The notes under the pieces were generated by a model. That model worked only from the letters and a program-made list of their open reading frames with translations, made no database searches and was not told the origin of the DNA. This document shows positions 53,358 to 62,056 of a DNA stretch of 64,000 bases, piece by piece. The stretch comes from a virus, in IMG/VR virus record IMGVR_UViG_3300020183_000001, positions 18,634-82,633 of that record. The stretch is one strand, 5' to 3'. Position 1 is the stretch's first letter, and each line of letters starts with the position of its first letter. The position numbers and the translations under genes were made by a program.

Positions 53358-55556
53358 ATGCCGTACGGTCAAATCAAGGTAGATGAGATTACATTTACCA
53401 ATGCAGGCGTAGATCAAACTATCTCTGTTTCTGGTGTTGTTGGTTCTATTTCTGGAAGCATTACAGCAACTGGAACCATCTCCGGTGATGTGATTCGCGG
53501 GGGAACACTTGTTTCTGGCGCCACTGTCACTGGTACGGCAGGCCAGTTTGGTACCATCACCGGTAATACGGCAGCATTTACAACTGTTACAGGCACAACC
53601 GTCACTGGAACTACTGCAAACTTTGTAACTGTTTCTGGTACCACAGTTACCGGGGCGACAGCTCAATTCACAACACTTACTGGTGGTACTGCTGGTTTTA
53701 CTACAATTACAGGTACTACGATCACAGGAACAACACTTACTGTTGCTTCCGGTACTTTTAGCGGCAACTCTACTGCCGCAGCTTTCATCCCTACTGGTAG
53801 CACCGTCCCCACAAATGGAGTTTATCTACCTGCCGCCAACACCGTAGGGGTAGCAACTGGTGGGTCTGGGAGGTTGTTTGTTAATAGCAGTGGGAATATC
53901 GGAATCAATACAACCCCTTCTTCAATTGGCACAAATGTCACGACTCTTGAAATTAAGGGGGCGTCTACCACCAGATCCGGCGGCCTAAGAATTTCTTCAA
54001 GTGATAGTTCCGTAAAAGGTGCTTTTTATATCTATGACGGCGCCGGTGTTTTAGGCACGGAAACGGCAACACCGCTCGACCTTTATACAAACAACGCCCC
54101 TAGGCTCAGAATCACCTCCGCTGGCCTTGTAGGCATAGGGACTTCAAGCCCAGTGTTCTTAACAGATATTCTTTCGGGCACCGCTAACACTGGTGCCAAC
54201 GTCAATAATCCATCGCAACTTAGTGTTACCGGACCTAATAAATCATTAACAGGCGGTGGAGCAACGGTTTTTGTAAACAGCAATTCTGACCTTGCTATTG
54301 ACACTGGCGGCAGTATTGCGCTTTCTGGACGCAATACAACTAGCTCTACAAGTAGCATGGTTTGGGGCGTCGTAAAGGGCGCAAAAGAAAACGCTACCTC
54401 TGCAAATACTGCTGGTTATTTAGCATTTGCTTCTCAAAACCATAACGCTGGTGCGCTTGTTGAGGCAATGCGTATTGACTCGTCACAGCGAGTAGGGATT
54501 GGCACTACGAGTCCTACCGATACAAACGGGTTTGGAAACTGCATCGACATTCGTAGTTCCACTGGCGCTGCCATTTACCTTCGGGACAGTGATGACACCA
54601 CAAATGATACTTTTGTCATCGGCAGAGACAATTCAGATTCTTATTTGATTTCAAATTCTGGCAACCTGCTATTTTCAAATAACGGCAGCGAACGCGCCCG
54701 CATCGACTCCAGCGGACGCCTGTTAGTTGGCACGTCTACTGCGACTAACAACTTGCGCCTGGACGCAAAACTCGCTGTTGTAAGCACAGGCAGCGGAAAT
54801 CTTGGTGGCGTAAACCTTACAAACTATGGCGGAACCGCGGGGGGCGCAGCTTCTTTCATTGATTTCAATAGATCAAGGGGAACAACTGATGGCTCGTTAA
54901 CGAGCGTTGCATCAGGCGATACTCTTGGTTATTTAGTTTGGCGTGGCGCTACGGGAAGTGGATTTAACCACTTTGCTCAAATAACAGCAGAAGTTGATGG
55001 AACACCTGGAAACAATGACGCTCCAGGCCGCCTAGTGTTCAGCACTACCGCCGACGGGGCGAGTTCTCCGACGGAGCGGATGAGGATAAATAACGCAGGC
55101 GCCGTCTTTTTTCCTTCAGTTAGCACCACTGCATCAGCAGCTAACGCTTTCCTGAATAGTGGCAGCTCTCCCGCCAACCAGCTTCTCCGGTCCACATCTT
55201 CGCTTCGTTACAAAACTGACATCGAAGATCTTGAAGAAGAGCGCTCTGCCTCGATCCTCGATTTCCGCCCCGTCTGGTATCGCTCTACGGCAGAGGCAGA
55301 TCGCAGTGACTGGTCTTGGTACGGCCTCATCGCCGAAGAAGTAGCTGAGATCGAGCCCCGGCTGGTTCACTGGACCTACCTTGACGACGCTTATGAAGAA
55401 GTCGATGGGGAAAAACAGCTCAAGCCCGATGCGGAAATGGTGCCCGACGGTGTTCAATACGACCGCTTGACGGTGCTTCTACTGGATGTTGTGAAGCGGC
55501 AACAACAGGCCATCGAAACCCTTGAGGCCAAAGTAACAGCCCTTGAAAGCCAGTAA
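53358..55556 (+). CDS. tail fibre with C-terminal intramolecular chaperone (Peptidase S74)
   Basis: VGIGT.SP / ER.RIDSSG repeats; SSLRYKTDI...YGLIAEEV...Y.RL..LL..VK coiled coil. Confidence 0.9.
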   Translation: MPYGQIKVDEITFTNAGVDQTISVSGVVGSISGSITATGTISGDVIRGGTLVSGATVTGTAGQFGTITGNTAAFTTVTGTTVTGTTANFVTVSGTTVTGATAQFTTLTGGTAGFTTITGTTITGTTLTVASGTFSGNSTAAAFIPTGSTVPTNGVYLPAANTVGVATGGSGRLFVNSSGNIGINTTPSSIGTNVTTLEIKGASTTRSGGLRISSSDSSVKGAFYIYDGAGVLGTETATPLDLYTNNAPRLRITSAGLVGIGTSSPVFLTDILSGTANTGANVNNPSQLSVTGPNKSLTGGGATVFVNSNSDLAIDTGGSIALSGRNTTSSTSSMVWGVVKGAKENATSANTAGYLAFASQNHNAGALVEAMRIDSSQRVGIGTTSPTDTNGFGNCIDIRSSTGAAIYLRDSDDTTNDTFVIGRDNSDSYLISNSGNLLFSNNGSERARIDSSGRLLVGTSTATNNLRLDAKLAVVSTGSGNLGGVNLTNYGGTAGGAASFIDFNRSRGTTDGSLTSVASGDTLGYLVWRGATGSGFNHFAQITAEVDGTPGNNDAPGRLVFSTTADGASSPTERMRINNAGAVFFPSVSTTASAANAFLNSGSSPANQLLRSTSSLRYKTDIEDLEEERSASILDFRPVWYRSTAEADRSDWSWYGLIAEEVAEIEPRLVHWTYLDDAYEEVDGEKQLKPDAEMVPDGVQYDRLTVLLLDVVKRQQQAIETLEAKVTALESQ

Positions 55557-55778
55557 CCCCCTTCTCCTCTGGGTCTGGGAAAGCATTGAATTGCCCCCAG
55601 ACCTAAGCCTGAGGGCGCAGCAGCATCGTAACGCCACTGGGTGAAATCCAAGTCTAGCCCACAAGTCTTTGACGTTACCGATCGGGATTAAAAGATACAA
55701 ATCCTGGTACGAATTTAAAAACATTACCGTTCGGGAACTTCTAATTTGGTTAAAATTAGGAGGTAATTAGGAGTTGGT

Positions 55779-55916
55779 ATGAATGATCCTATCGATGATC
55801 TCCTGAACGATCTGTTTGATATGTATGCTGAGCCAGGGACTTTTGGCCTGGAGATGAACAGAAACGAATTTATCGCAGCATGTGAAGACCTCCTGGAACG
55901 CATCAAAGATCTATGA
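55779..55916 (+). CDS. small acidic protein (45 aa)
   Basis: AGGAG RBS; MNDPIDDLLNDLF... Confidence 0.55.
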   Translation: MNDPIDDLLNDLFDMYAEPGTFGLEMNRNEFIAACEDLLERIKDL

Positions 55917-56077
55917 CTAAACAACAAAAAGCTGTGCTTACGGCTGCAGTAGATCTTGTTAACGGTGGACAAGACATGGAAGAAGCACTCGGGTGTTATC
56001 GCGTTATTTCCCAGTATGTACTGAATACCGTACCACCAGATGCGGAAGAGCTTGACTCGCCTGGGCTGACCGAGTAG
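55913..56077 (+). CDS. small hypothetical protein (54 aa)
   Basis: ATGA overlap. Confidence 0.5.
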   Translation: MTKQQKAVLTAAVDLVNGGQDMEEALGCYRVISQYVLNTVPPDAEELDSPGLTE

Positions 56078-56093
56078 TGTAATCCTTTACTCG
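56052..56093 (+). promoter_or_regulatory. sigma70-type promoter with overlapping inverted repeat
   Basis: TTGACT-N17-TAGTGT; CGAGTA-N11-TACTCG. Confidence 0.55.
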
Positions 56094-56101
56094 ACTCAAC
56101 C

Positions 56102-56956
56102 GTGCCCACCACACTCAAAGACTTATGGCTCGCCTTCATGGAAGAGCGTTCCATTTCGTTGTGCCCTACAAGCCTTACGTCAGATTACAGACAAGTAACC
56201 AAATGGTTAACCAGGTGCCCCATTCAAGAGATTGATGAAGCACGCAAGATTATGATCTGGGTACTGGGAGAAAAACCAGTGCTAACTTCCAGACGTGTAG
56301 CCATGTACACAAAAACAATGTACAAATGGGCTGCACAAGAAGATATTGCATATATCCCAAGGAATCCATTGGCAAGTTTTAAAATGCCAAAAGCTCCTCA
56401 AAAAGATGAAGAGATTATTGTTATTCCAAGAAACGAAGTCAGTTTAGTGCTTGCTGCCCTGGAAGCAAAACAAACTTATCGACACGTTAACTGGGCTTGG
56501 TATACAGAGTTTATGCTTCAAACTGCTATGCGCACAGGAGAAGTAAGGGCTTTGCTTTGGGACGACATCAAAGAAAATAAAATCCTTGTACATCAAAACT
56601 GGACATTAACACATGGTCTTAAAGACAGCACTAAAACAAACAAACGACGCTGGGTGCCGCTAAACAGTAAATGTCAAGAACTTTTGAAGCAATTACCACA
56701 AGACAATCGTTTCATCTTTCCCTGGGATAGGCTTGCTTTTCAAAGTTACTTCCGTAAAAAATTACAACCTTTACACACAGGAGAATTAATCAGTCACTTG
56801 TACAGGCCATACGATTGTCGCCACACTGCAATCAGTCGCTGGATTGAGGCGGGCATCCCTGTGCCCCAAGTTGCATCATGGGCTGGTAATACAAGTGAGA
56901 TTATTTTTAAACATTATTGCAACAGCACAAAAGAATACGACATGCCAGAGCTTTAA
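56102..56956 (+). CDS. tyrosine recombinase/integrase
   Basis: MRTGEV, TKT, YDCRHT, WAGN...KHY catalytic residues; core-binding domain, no arm-binding domain. Confidence 0.92.
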   Translation: MPTTLKDLWLAFMEERSISLCPTSLTSDYRQVTKWLTRCPIQEIDEARKIMIWVLGEKPVLTSRRVAMYTKTMYKWAAQEDIAYIPRNPLASFKMPKAPQKDEEIIVIPRNEVSLVLAALEAKQTYRHVNWAWYTEFMLQTAMRTGEVRALLWDDIKENKILVHQNWTLTHGLKDSTKTNKRRWVPLNSKCQELLKQLPQDNRFIFPWDRLAFQSYFRKKLQPLHTGELISHLYRPYDCRHTAISRWIEAGIPVPQVASWAGNTSEIIFKHYCNSTKEYDMPEL

Positions 56957-56993
56957 ATAGTGTCTTATACTTATACAGAGGTTTTGTTTTTCT

Positions 56994-57296
56994 ATGGCTA
57001 CCACAACCACCTGGCACATTGCTCAGCTTGAGAGGGAAACGAGTGACGGTTTTGTTTTTACCGCTCACTATACGATTGATTCCAAAAATGAGGCTTACAG
57101 TGCCGGAGCCTACGGAAGTATTGGCTTCCAGCGTCCCGAAAATCTCATCCCGTATGCGGACTTAACAGAAGACTTGGTAATTTCTTGGGTTAAAGAAGCT
57201 CTTGGTGACGACAAAGTTACTGAGATTGAAGCTGCTCTCCAGGCTCAACTAGATGAACAAGCACACCCCACCAAACAAGCTGGTGTTCCCTGGTAA
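56994..57296 (+). CDS. tail-fibre-associated protein
   Basis: W.I.QLER..SDG.V..AHY...IPYADLTE..V..WVK.ALG...GVPW. Confidence 0.75.
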   Translation: MATTTTWHIAQLERETSDGFVFTAHYTIDSKNEAYSAGAYGSIGFQRPENLIPYADLTEDLVISWVKEALGDDKVTEIEAALQAQLDEQAHPTKQAGVPW

Positions 57297-57314
57297 TTAC
57301 TGACACATAATTAA

Positions 57315-57340
57315 GTGCGGTCCCAGAGGCCGCATTTTTT
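57315..57340 (+). terminator. intrinsic terminator
   Basis: GTGCGGTC-loop-GGCCGCAT + T-run. Confidence 0.75.
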
Positions 57341-57381
57341 ATTGGACATTTTATAGTAGTAATGAACTGGTATAAGGCGAT

Positions 57382-58494
57382 ATGACAATTAATGTACTGG
57401 ACGCTGTTCGTTATTTCAAAGGGCTGCCGCATCAGGTAGATGCCTTTGTTTGGTTAGATAAAAACTTGACGCCTGAGCAAAAAATTGAGTTTGCACGGTT
57501 GTATCGAGAAGAAAAAAACCCACCCAAAGAAACAGTTACTAACGATTGGGCTGGAATCTTGGGAGCTGCACGTAAAGCTGGAGCTAAATTCCCAGAAGTT
57601 GTTGCTGCTCAATGGGCGCTTGAATCGGGATACGGTAAACACACCTCAGGTAAAAACAATTTTTTTGGCTTGAAAGGAACAGGTAGTGCAGTAGGAACTA
57701 AAGAATTTGTTAATGATCGCTGGATTGAAATTACAGCTAGCTTTATTGATTTCCCCAACATTCAAACCTGTGTTCAGTACTTAGTTGATCGCTGGTACAA
57801 AGACTACAGACATTTCAAAGGTGTCAACAGAGCTAACAACAGAAATGAATGTGCAAATCTTCTTGTAGCAGAACGCTACGCAACTGACCCCGACTATGCA
57901 ACCAAGTTGATTCAAATCATGGATCGAGAGCTTGGTACAGTGCCAAGTGTACCGGGAGTAATTACAGAAAAATCGTTAGTTGTTCCTTACTTTTACCAAC
58001 TAGATAACTCAAGTGGTACTGGTTATCGCGAATGTTTCTCGTCATCTTGTGCGATGATTGCCGCTTATTACGGTTTAGTCGGCTCGGATGACGAATACAA
58101 CAGTGTGCGTAAGAAATTTGGTGATACAACTGATAATACAGTCCAATTAAAAACACTCAGGCACCTGGGACTAACCGCAAAGTTTGTAACCAATGGAAAC
58201 TCTGCTGTTCTTGAAAATGAAATTCGCAATGGTAGACCAGTTGCTGTCGGTTGGCTTCATCACGGAAACATAAGTAGGCCAACAGGGGGTGGACATTGGA
58301 CAGTGGTGCGTGGATTTACACCTACTCATTTCATTCACAACGATCCACAAGGAGAATGTGACATGGTAAACGGTGGTTATGTTTCGACCAGACCGAAAGC
58401 TGGTAATGGGATTAAGTATTCGCGTAAAAATTGGTTACGTCGGTGGGAAGTTGATGGATCTAGTACAGGATGGGCAATTCTTGTAAACAAATGA
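57382..58494 (+). CDS. endolysin: GH73 glucosaminidase + C39-like peptidase
   Basis: AQWALESG.G...NNFFGLK...YATDPDY; YFYQLD...CFSSSCAM...GHW.V...DP. Confidence 0.9.
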   Translation: MTINVLDAVRYFKGLPHQVDAFVWLDKNLTPEQKIEFARLYREEKNPPKETVTNDWAGILGAARKAGAKFPEVVAAQWALESGYGKHTSGKNNFFGLKGTGSAVGTKEFVNDRWIEITASFIDFPNIQTCVQYLVDRWYKDYRHFKGVNRANNRNECANLLVAERYATDPDYATKLIQIMDRELGTVPSVPGVITEKSLVVPYFYQLDNSSGTGYRECFSSSCAMIAAYYGLVGSDDEYNSVRKKFGDTTDNTVQLKTLRHLGLTAKFVTNGNSAVLENEIRNGRPVAVGWLHHGNISRPTGGGHWTVVRGFTPTHFIHNDPQGECDMVNGGYVSTRPKAGNGIKYSRKNWLRRWEVDGSSTGWAILVNK

Positions 58495-58649
58495 AAGTCA
58501 AGAGGGATCCGGCAATCAAGGTAAATATCTGTTGGGAAGTAGGAGATGAAAAAAAATGCGTAACACTTCCAAAAGAGGAAGCGTACGCAACAAGAGATTG
58601 GGCCGAGAGAGAAGGAGGAGTAGTGTTTTGGTTTCAACCAGTTAACTAA
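58491..58649 (+). CDS. small hypothetical protein (52 aa)
   Basis: ATGA overlap with the endolysin. Confidence 0.6.
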   Translation: MKVKRDPAIKVNICWEVGDEKKCVTLPKEEAYATRDWAEREGGVVFWFQPVN

Positions 58650-58814
58650 TCAGCGTTGCTTGGCACGACCAATATTTAGTGCAAGAAACTCAAGCACTTT
58701 ATAGGCTTTACCAAGGAAGGCATCATCTTTCCTTGTGGGAGTTAAAGCACAAAGAATAGATGCAGCAGCGTGAATCGCAAGAGCAATCTCGATGTAATGG
58801 TTAAGTTTATCCAT
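58650..58814 (-). CDS. small holin-like membrane protein (54 aa)
   Basis: IALAIHAAASILCALTPT.KDD..LGK.YK.LE.LALNIG.AK. Confidence 0.7.
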   Translation of the reverse strand: MDKLNHYIEIALAIHAAASILCALTPTRKDDAFLGKAYKVLEFLALNIGRAKQR

Positions 58815-58835
58815 GAGTATTTAGTAACTCTTCTT

Positions 58836-59279
58836 TTATTCTACGTACCTTTGTTTATAGAAGGTATAACATTTTAATTCTGGATTACCAACCCACTGGT
58901 ACTGTGCATCTTTACGTGCTAACCACTTACCCCATACTCGATACTGCTTGTCAGGATCAGCACTTTCACAACGGAAGGCAATCATATCCCCTGGTTCCAA
59001 CTCCTCACACCACTGTCGAAGAGTATCAATAACAGTGCGGTAGTGATGGAGAGTAACCTTACCGGTCAAATTTTGTCCCAAGCGCCTTACGCATGTTCTC
59101 CTCCCACGTTTCTCCAGCCAATCGTTTATCTGGCGCGAACTCTTTCCAGTGGCTAATGAGGCAAGCCATATCATCCCCGCACTGTTTCGTAGGTACGGTA
59201 CCAGCCTCATCTTGAATATCCAGTTGTTCGGTAATCGTTTTGTTACCAGTTTTTTCTTGGGCCTGGGACGCCTGCTCAT
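58836..59279 (-). CDS. hypothetical protein
   Basis: Probable start MSRRPRPKKK. Confidence 0.6.
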   Translation of the reverse strand: MSRRPRPKKKLVTKRLPNNWIFKMRLVPYLRNSAGMIWLASLATGKSSRQINDWLEKRGRRTCVRRLGQNLTGKVTLHHYRTVIDTLRQWCEELEPGDMIAFRCESADPDKQYRVWGKWLARKDAQYQWVGNPELKCYTFYKQRYVE

Positions 59280-59949
59280 TTTCTTTTTCTGCTGGAGTTT
59301 TCCAGAAATAATCATCTTGCTCCCCAAGTCGACCCCACTTCGGTACGCATTCAACATCGAAGTAACGAGTTGATACCTTGAAGTCTGGCGTCTTGAGATT
59401 GTGATACGTCAGTGATGGGTCGACCATCCGGCAGCGATTATTAGGATAAGCCCCAATTTGGCCGTTGTCCAAAGCCACAATGTTGTGCGATTTGTGTTCA
59501 TCTGGAAACTCCGAAAAATAAAAGTCGGGTTCATTGCGATGTGGATGGTAATTGTCAATTGTAAACAAGTATGTGCCTTGCATTACACCATGCTCTCTTG
59601 TCAGCACTTCAAAACGCATATTGAAGATCAGATTCTTTTCAATGACCGTCAACCCATGATCAAATCCATTCCAGTACTGAAGATCTGTTAGCGGAAGATC
59701 AGGTGTTGGTTCAACAGGTTTATCTGGACTATCGGAATCCCAGGAAAGAAATGCACTGATTGGCAACTTGTCAAACATTGCGCCGTATTCGGTTAGGTAA
59801 GTTTCGAAGTACAGTGCTCTACCCGTCAAAGACTTACAGGTTACCCAGTAACCAGGAGTGTACTCACCATGCCCCTTTTGAAGATCATACAAATATTCAT
59901 TTCTGACCCACACCTTAACGGGTGGCACATTAGCTACAAGCGTGGTCAT
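59059..59949 (-). CDS. conserved phage protein of unknown function
   Basis: AN.PP...VR.EYLYD..KGHGE...LPISAF...EHKS..LDNG....PNNR motif. Confidence 0.75.
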   Translation of the reverse strand: MTTLVANVPPVKVWVRNEYLYDLQKGHGEYTPGYWVTCKSLTGRALYFETYLTEYGAMFDKLPISAFLSWDSDSPDKPVEPTPDLPLTDLQYWNGFDHGLTVIEKNLIFNMRFEVLTREHGVMQGTYLFTIDNYHPHRNEPDFYFSEFPDEHKSHNIVALDNGQIGAYPNNRCRMVDPSLTYHNLKTPDFKVSTRYFDVECVPKWGRLGEQDDYFWKTPAEKENEQASQAQEKTGNKTITEQLDIQDEAGTVPTKQCGDDMACLISHWKEFAPDKRLAGETWEENMRKALGTKFDR

Positions 59950-59982
59950 AGACTTCTCTTCTGTTGAAAAAAGTCTAACAAC

Positions 59983-60906
59983 TTATTGACGAGTAACAAG
60001 CGGAATAAATACGTTCGGGAACTTATCGGTATCCTGGTGTTCACGCTCCCATGCTTCACGCCATTCCGTTAGCGAGTGTTCGTGAATCGAGTTGGGATCA
60101 TAGGTTGGTGATGGATCCAGGAGGAATTTATCTTCTGGTTCTTGAGTGGGTGGTACGACCTCACCAATCAACCAAGACGAGCCAGAAGGAATTTCAACTG
60201 TGACACCAGAGTTAATTGTTGCCAGGGTCTCCGTGAAACCGTTAAAGCCAGAGGGAAGTGTGTAGTTGACAGAGAAAATAGGTCCAATCTCAACCGTATT
60301 GGCGTTATCAATACCATCTTCTAAACACAAAATGCTTCCATCTGTGTCCTCCAGGAGAATGAATAGCTCATCAGAGGGGAACTCAACAACAACACCAACG
60401 TTGTAATTGAGAGGCTCGTTGCGCGTACTGGAAACACAAATTAAATATTTACCAGCACCCAACGGGTAGTAGCGATCATCCCCTTTGTCCAGCAGGTATT
60501 GGTTAAAGGTGTTGTAAAGGTCGGACTGCGCTCCCATCGCATGACCGACGTAGGGATGATACACATCATCCTCTGCATCGTAGAAAAAATCTCCACGTAC
60601 ACTATCAGCCTGGAAGATTGACCGACCTTCAATTGGAACCTGGTTCAGGTCATAAAAAGAAATCTGTACGTACTTAGAACGCTCACCATCTTTTGACAGG
60701 ATGATCCAGGCAGGACTAGTAATTTCAACAGAGAACCAGTGGTTGTATGTACCCCCACCAAAACCATCTGACTGAACGTTATAAACAGCTTGAAGAGTTC
60801 CCTGAAGATAACGTAGGGATGTAGTAGAAAAAGTACCAAGAAACAAAGGGTTGCTTCGTGTCCTGGAACGTTGTGCAAGACTTACTTGATTACTGTAACG
60901 AGACAT
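59983..60906 (-). CDS. hypothetical beta-rich protein
   Basis: 307 aa; L.AG.Y.ICVSS motif. Confidence 0.65.
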   Translation of the reverse strand: MSRYSNQVSLAQRSRTRSNPLFLGTFSTTSLRYLQGTLQAVYNVQSDGFGGGTYNHWFSVEITSPAWIILSKDGERSKYVQISFYDLNQVPIEGRSIFQADSVRGDFFYDAEDDVYHPYVGHAMGAQSDLYNTFNQYLLDKGDDRYYPLGAGKYLICVSSTRNEPLNYNVGVVVEFPSDELFILLEDTDGSILCLEDGIDNANTVEIGPIFSVNYTLPSGFNGFTETLATINSGVTVEIPSGSSWLIGEVVPPTQEPEDKFLLDPSPTYDPNSIHEHSLTEWREAWEREHQDTDKFPNVFIPLVTRQ

Positions 60907-60929
60907 TTATTTTTATCTTTTTTTCTATT

Positions 60930-61574
60930 TTACTCTTCGGGATACTCCACAAGAGTTGGGTAAGTAATTGATTTCTTAAATTGCTGCTGTATTGGGGTAT
61001 CAAGTGCTGCACCTTGAGTCTCACGGGACGCAGCATGGGCAAGTTTTGCGTAATCAAACGTTGTAAAGAACGGAGTGATTTTGTCAGGCGGGACGTTGTT
61101 GTTCCATTTTGAGACCATGTGGAGAGGGTTGAGACAGTCAGGGTTTCCACACAAACGCTTGACCGTAAGGGAACCAACGTCTCCCCAGGCGCACTGGTAC
61201 ACCAACTTATGAGTACATACGTTCTCTGATTTCTGCTTGCTCCAGAAGGACCTGTAGGAGGGGAAGCAGAAACGTGACTTGATCTTCTGCTGGTCCCAGC
61301 ACTCGCTGAAGGAGGCGACCTGGAGACGCTTCCAGAGGGTCTCGTACTTGACTTTGTAGTCGACGTGGAAGTAGTTGATGTCGAATCCACAGACGTTGCT
61401 GATGATCTTCTGGACGCAGTGGTAGCACCAGTGATCGTTCACATCCCTGATGACGTGACCATGGGCGCAGGGTGCTCCACGGTAGTACAGATGTTTCCTG
61501 AGATCAAGAGTAGGGAGTGCGTCGATCCCTGGGACGAACCGGAAAAGGGAGTTGTAGGTGGGTGTCGTTTTCAT
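60930..61574 (-). CDS. Zn-binding His-Me-finger (HNH-like) protein, catalytic His apparently lost
   Basis: CAHGH..CYHC; HKLVY...VKRLCGNPDCLNPLHM versus canonical RHxCDNPxCxNPxHL. Confidence 0.7.
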   Translation of the reverse strand: MKTTPTYNSLFRFVPGIDALPTLDLRKHLYYRGAPCAHGHVIRDVNDHWCYHCVQKIISNVCGFDINYFHVDYKVKYETLWKRLQVASFSECWDQQKIKSRFCFPSYRSFWSKQKSENVCTHKLVYQCAWGDVGSLTVKRLCGNPDCLNPLHMVSKWNNNVPPDKITPFFTTFDYAKLAHAASRETQGAALDTPIQQQFKKSITYPTLVEYPEE

Positions 61575-61589
61575 GAGTTGAGGTGCTGA

Positions 61590-61930
61590 GGTCGGACTTT
61601 GGCGGAAAAGTCGGACTTGACCCCCCTTTTTATCTTTATAGCACCGAAATTAAAATTTTACCCTTTTTGTACGTACTAGCAGTATGCCTGTACTACTAAT
61701 AGTACGGACCTACCACTACCAATTAAAATTCCACCCTTTTTGTACGAGACTCCCTCCAAACGCTCCTCAACCACTCTCAGTCTCACCCAGTGGTGCAACA
61801 CTTCTCACCACCGGTGGTGGCACACCAGGACACCTGTACTATCAATCCGTACAAAAAGGATAAAATTTTAATTTCGGTGTACTAAAGATAGATCGACCCC
61901 CAAAGTCCGACTTTTTGCCCAAAGTCCACC
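61590..61930. repeat. ~83-bp imperfect inverted repeats flanking a ~175-bp spacer
   Basis: 61642-61673 vs the reverse complement of 61848-61879: 31/32 identical; outer AAAGTCGGAC(TT) boxes mirrored. Confidence 0.9.
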
Positions 61931-62005
61931 CTGGAACCCCACCTAATCTCATTACCGTCTCACATTCGTCTCAACATGAGACACTCCTTACCCTTTCGTA
62001 CGCAC

Positions 62006-62032
62006 AAAAAAAGACCCCGCCGAAGCAGGGTC
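62006..62032 (-). terminator. intrinsic terminator
   Basis: GACCCTGC-TTCG-GCGGGGTC-T7. Confidence 0.85.
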
Positions 62033-62056
62033 CCACCTTCCACGCCGAGATCATCT

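Noticed and set aside
51894-53666. Antisense Val/Pro-rich ORFs over the tail fibres
   Set aside because: Reverse-complement shadows of the Thr/Gly repeats
51499-57296. Diversity-generating retroelement or classical shufflon at the tail fibres
   Set aside because: No reverse transcriptase, no TR/VR pair and no inverted silent cassettes in the window
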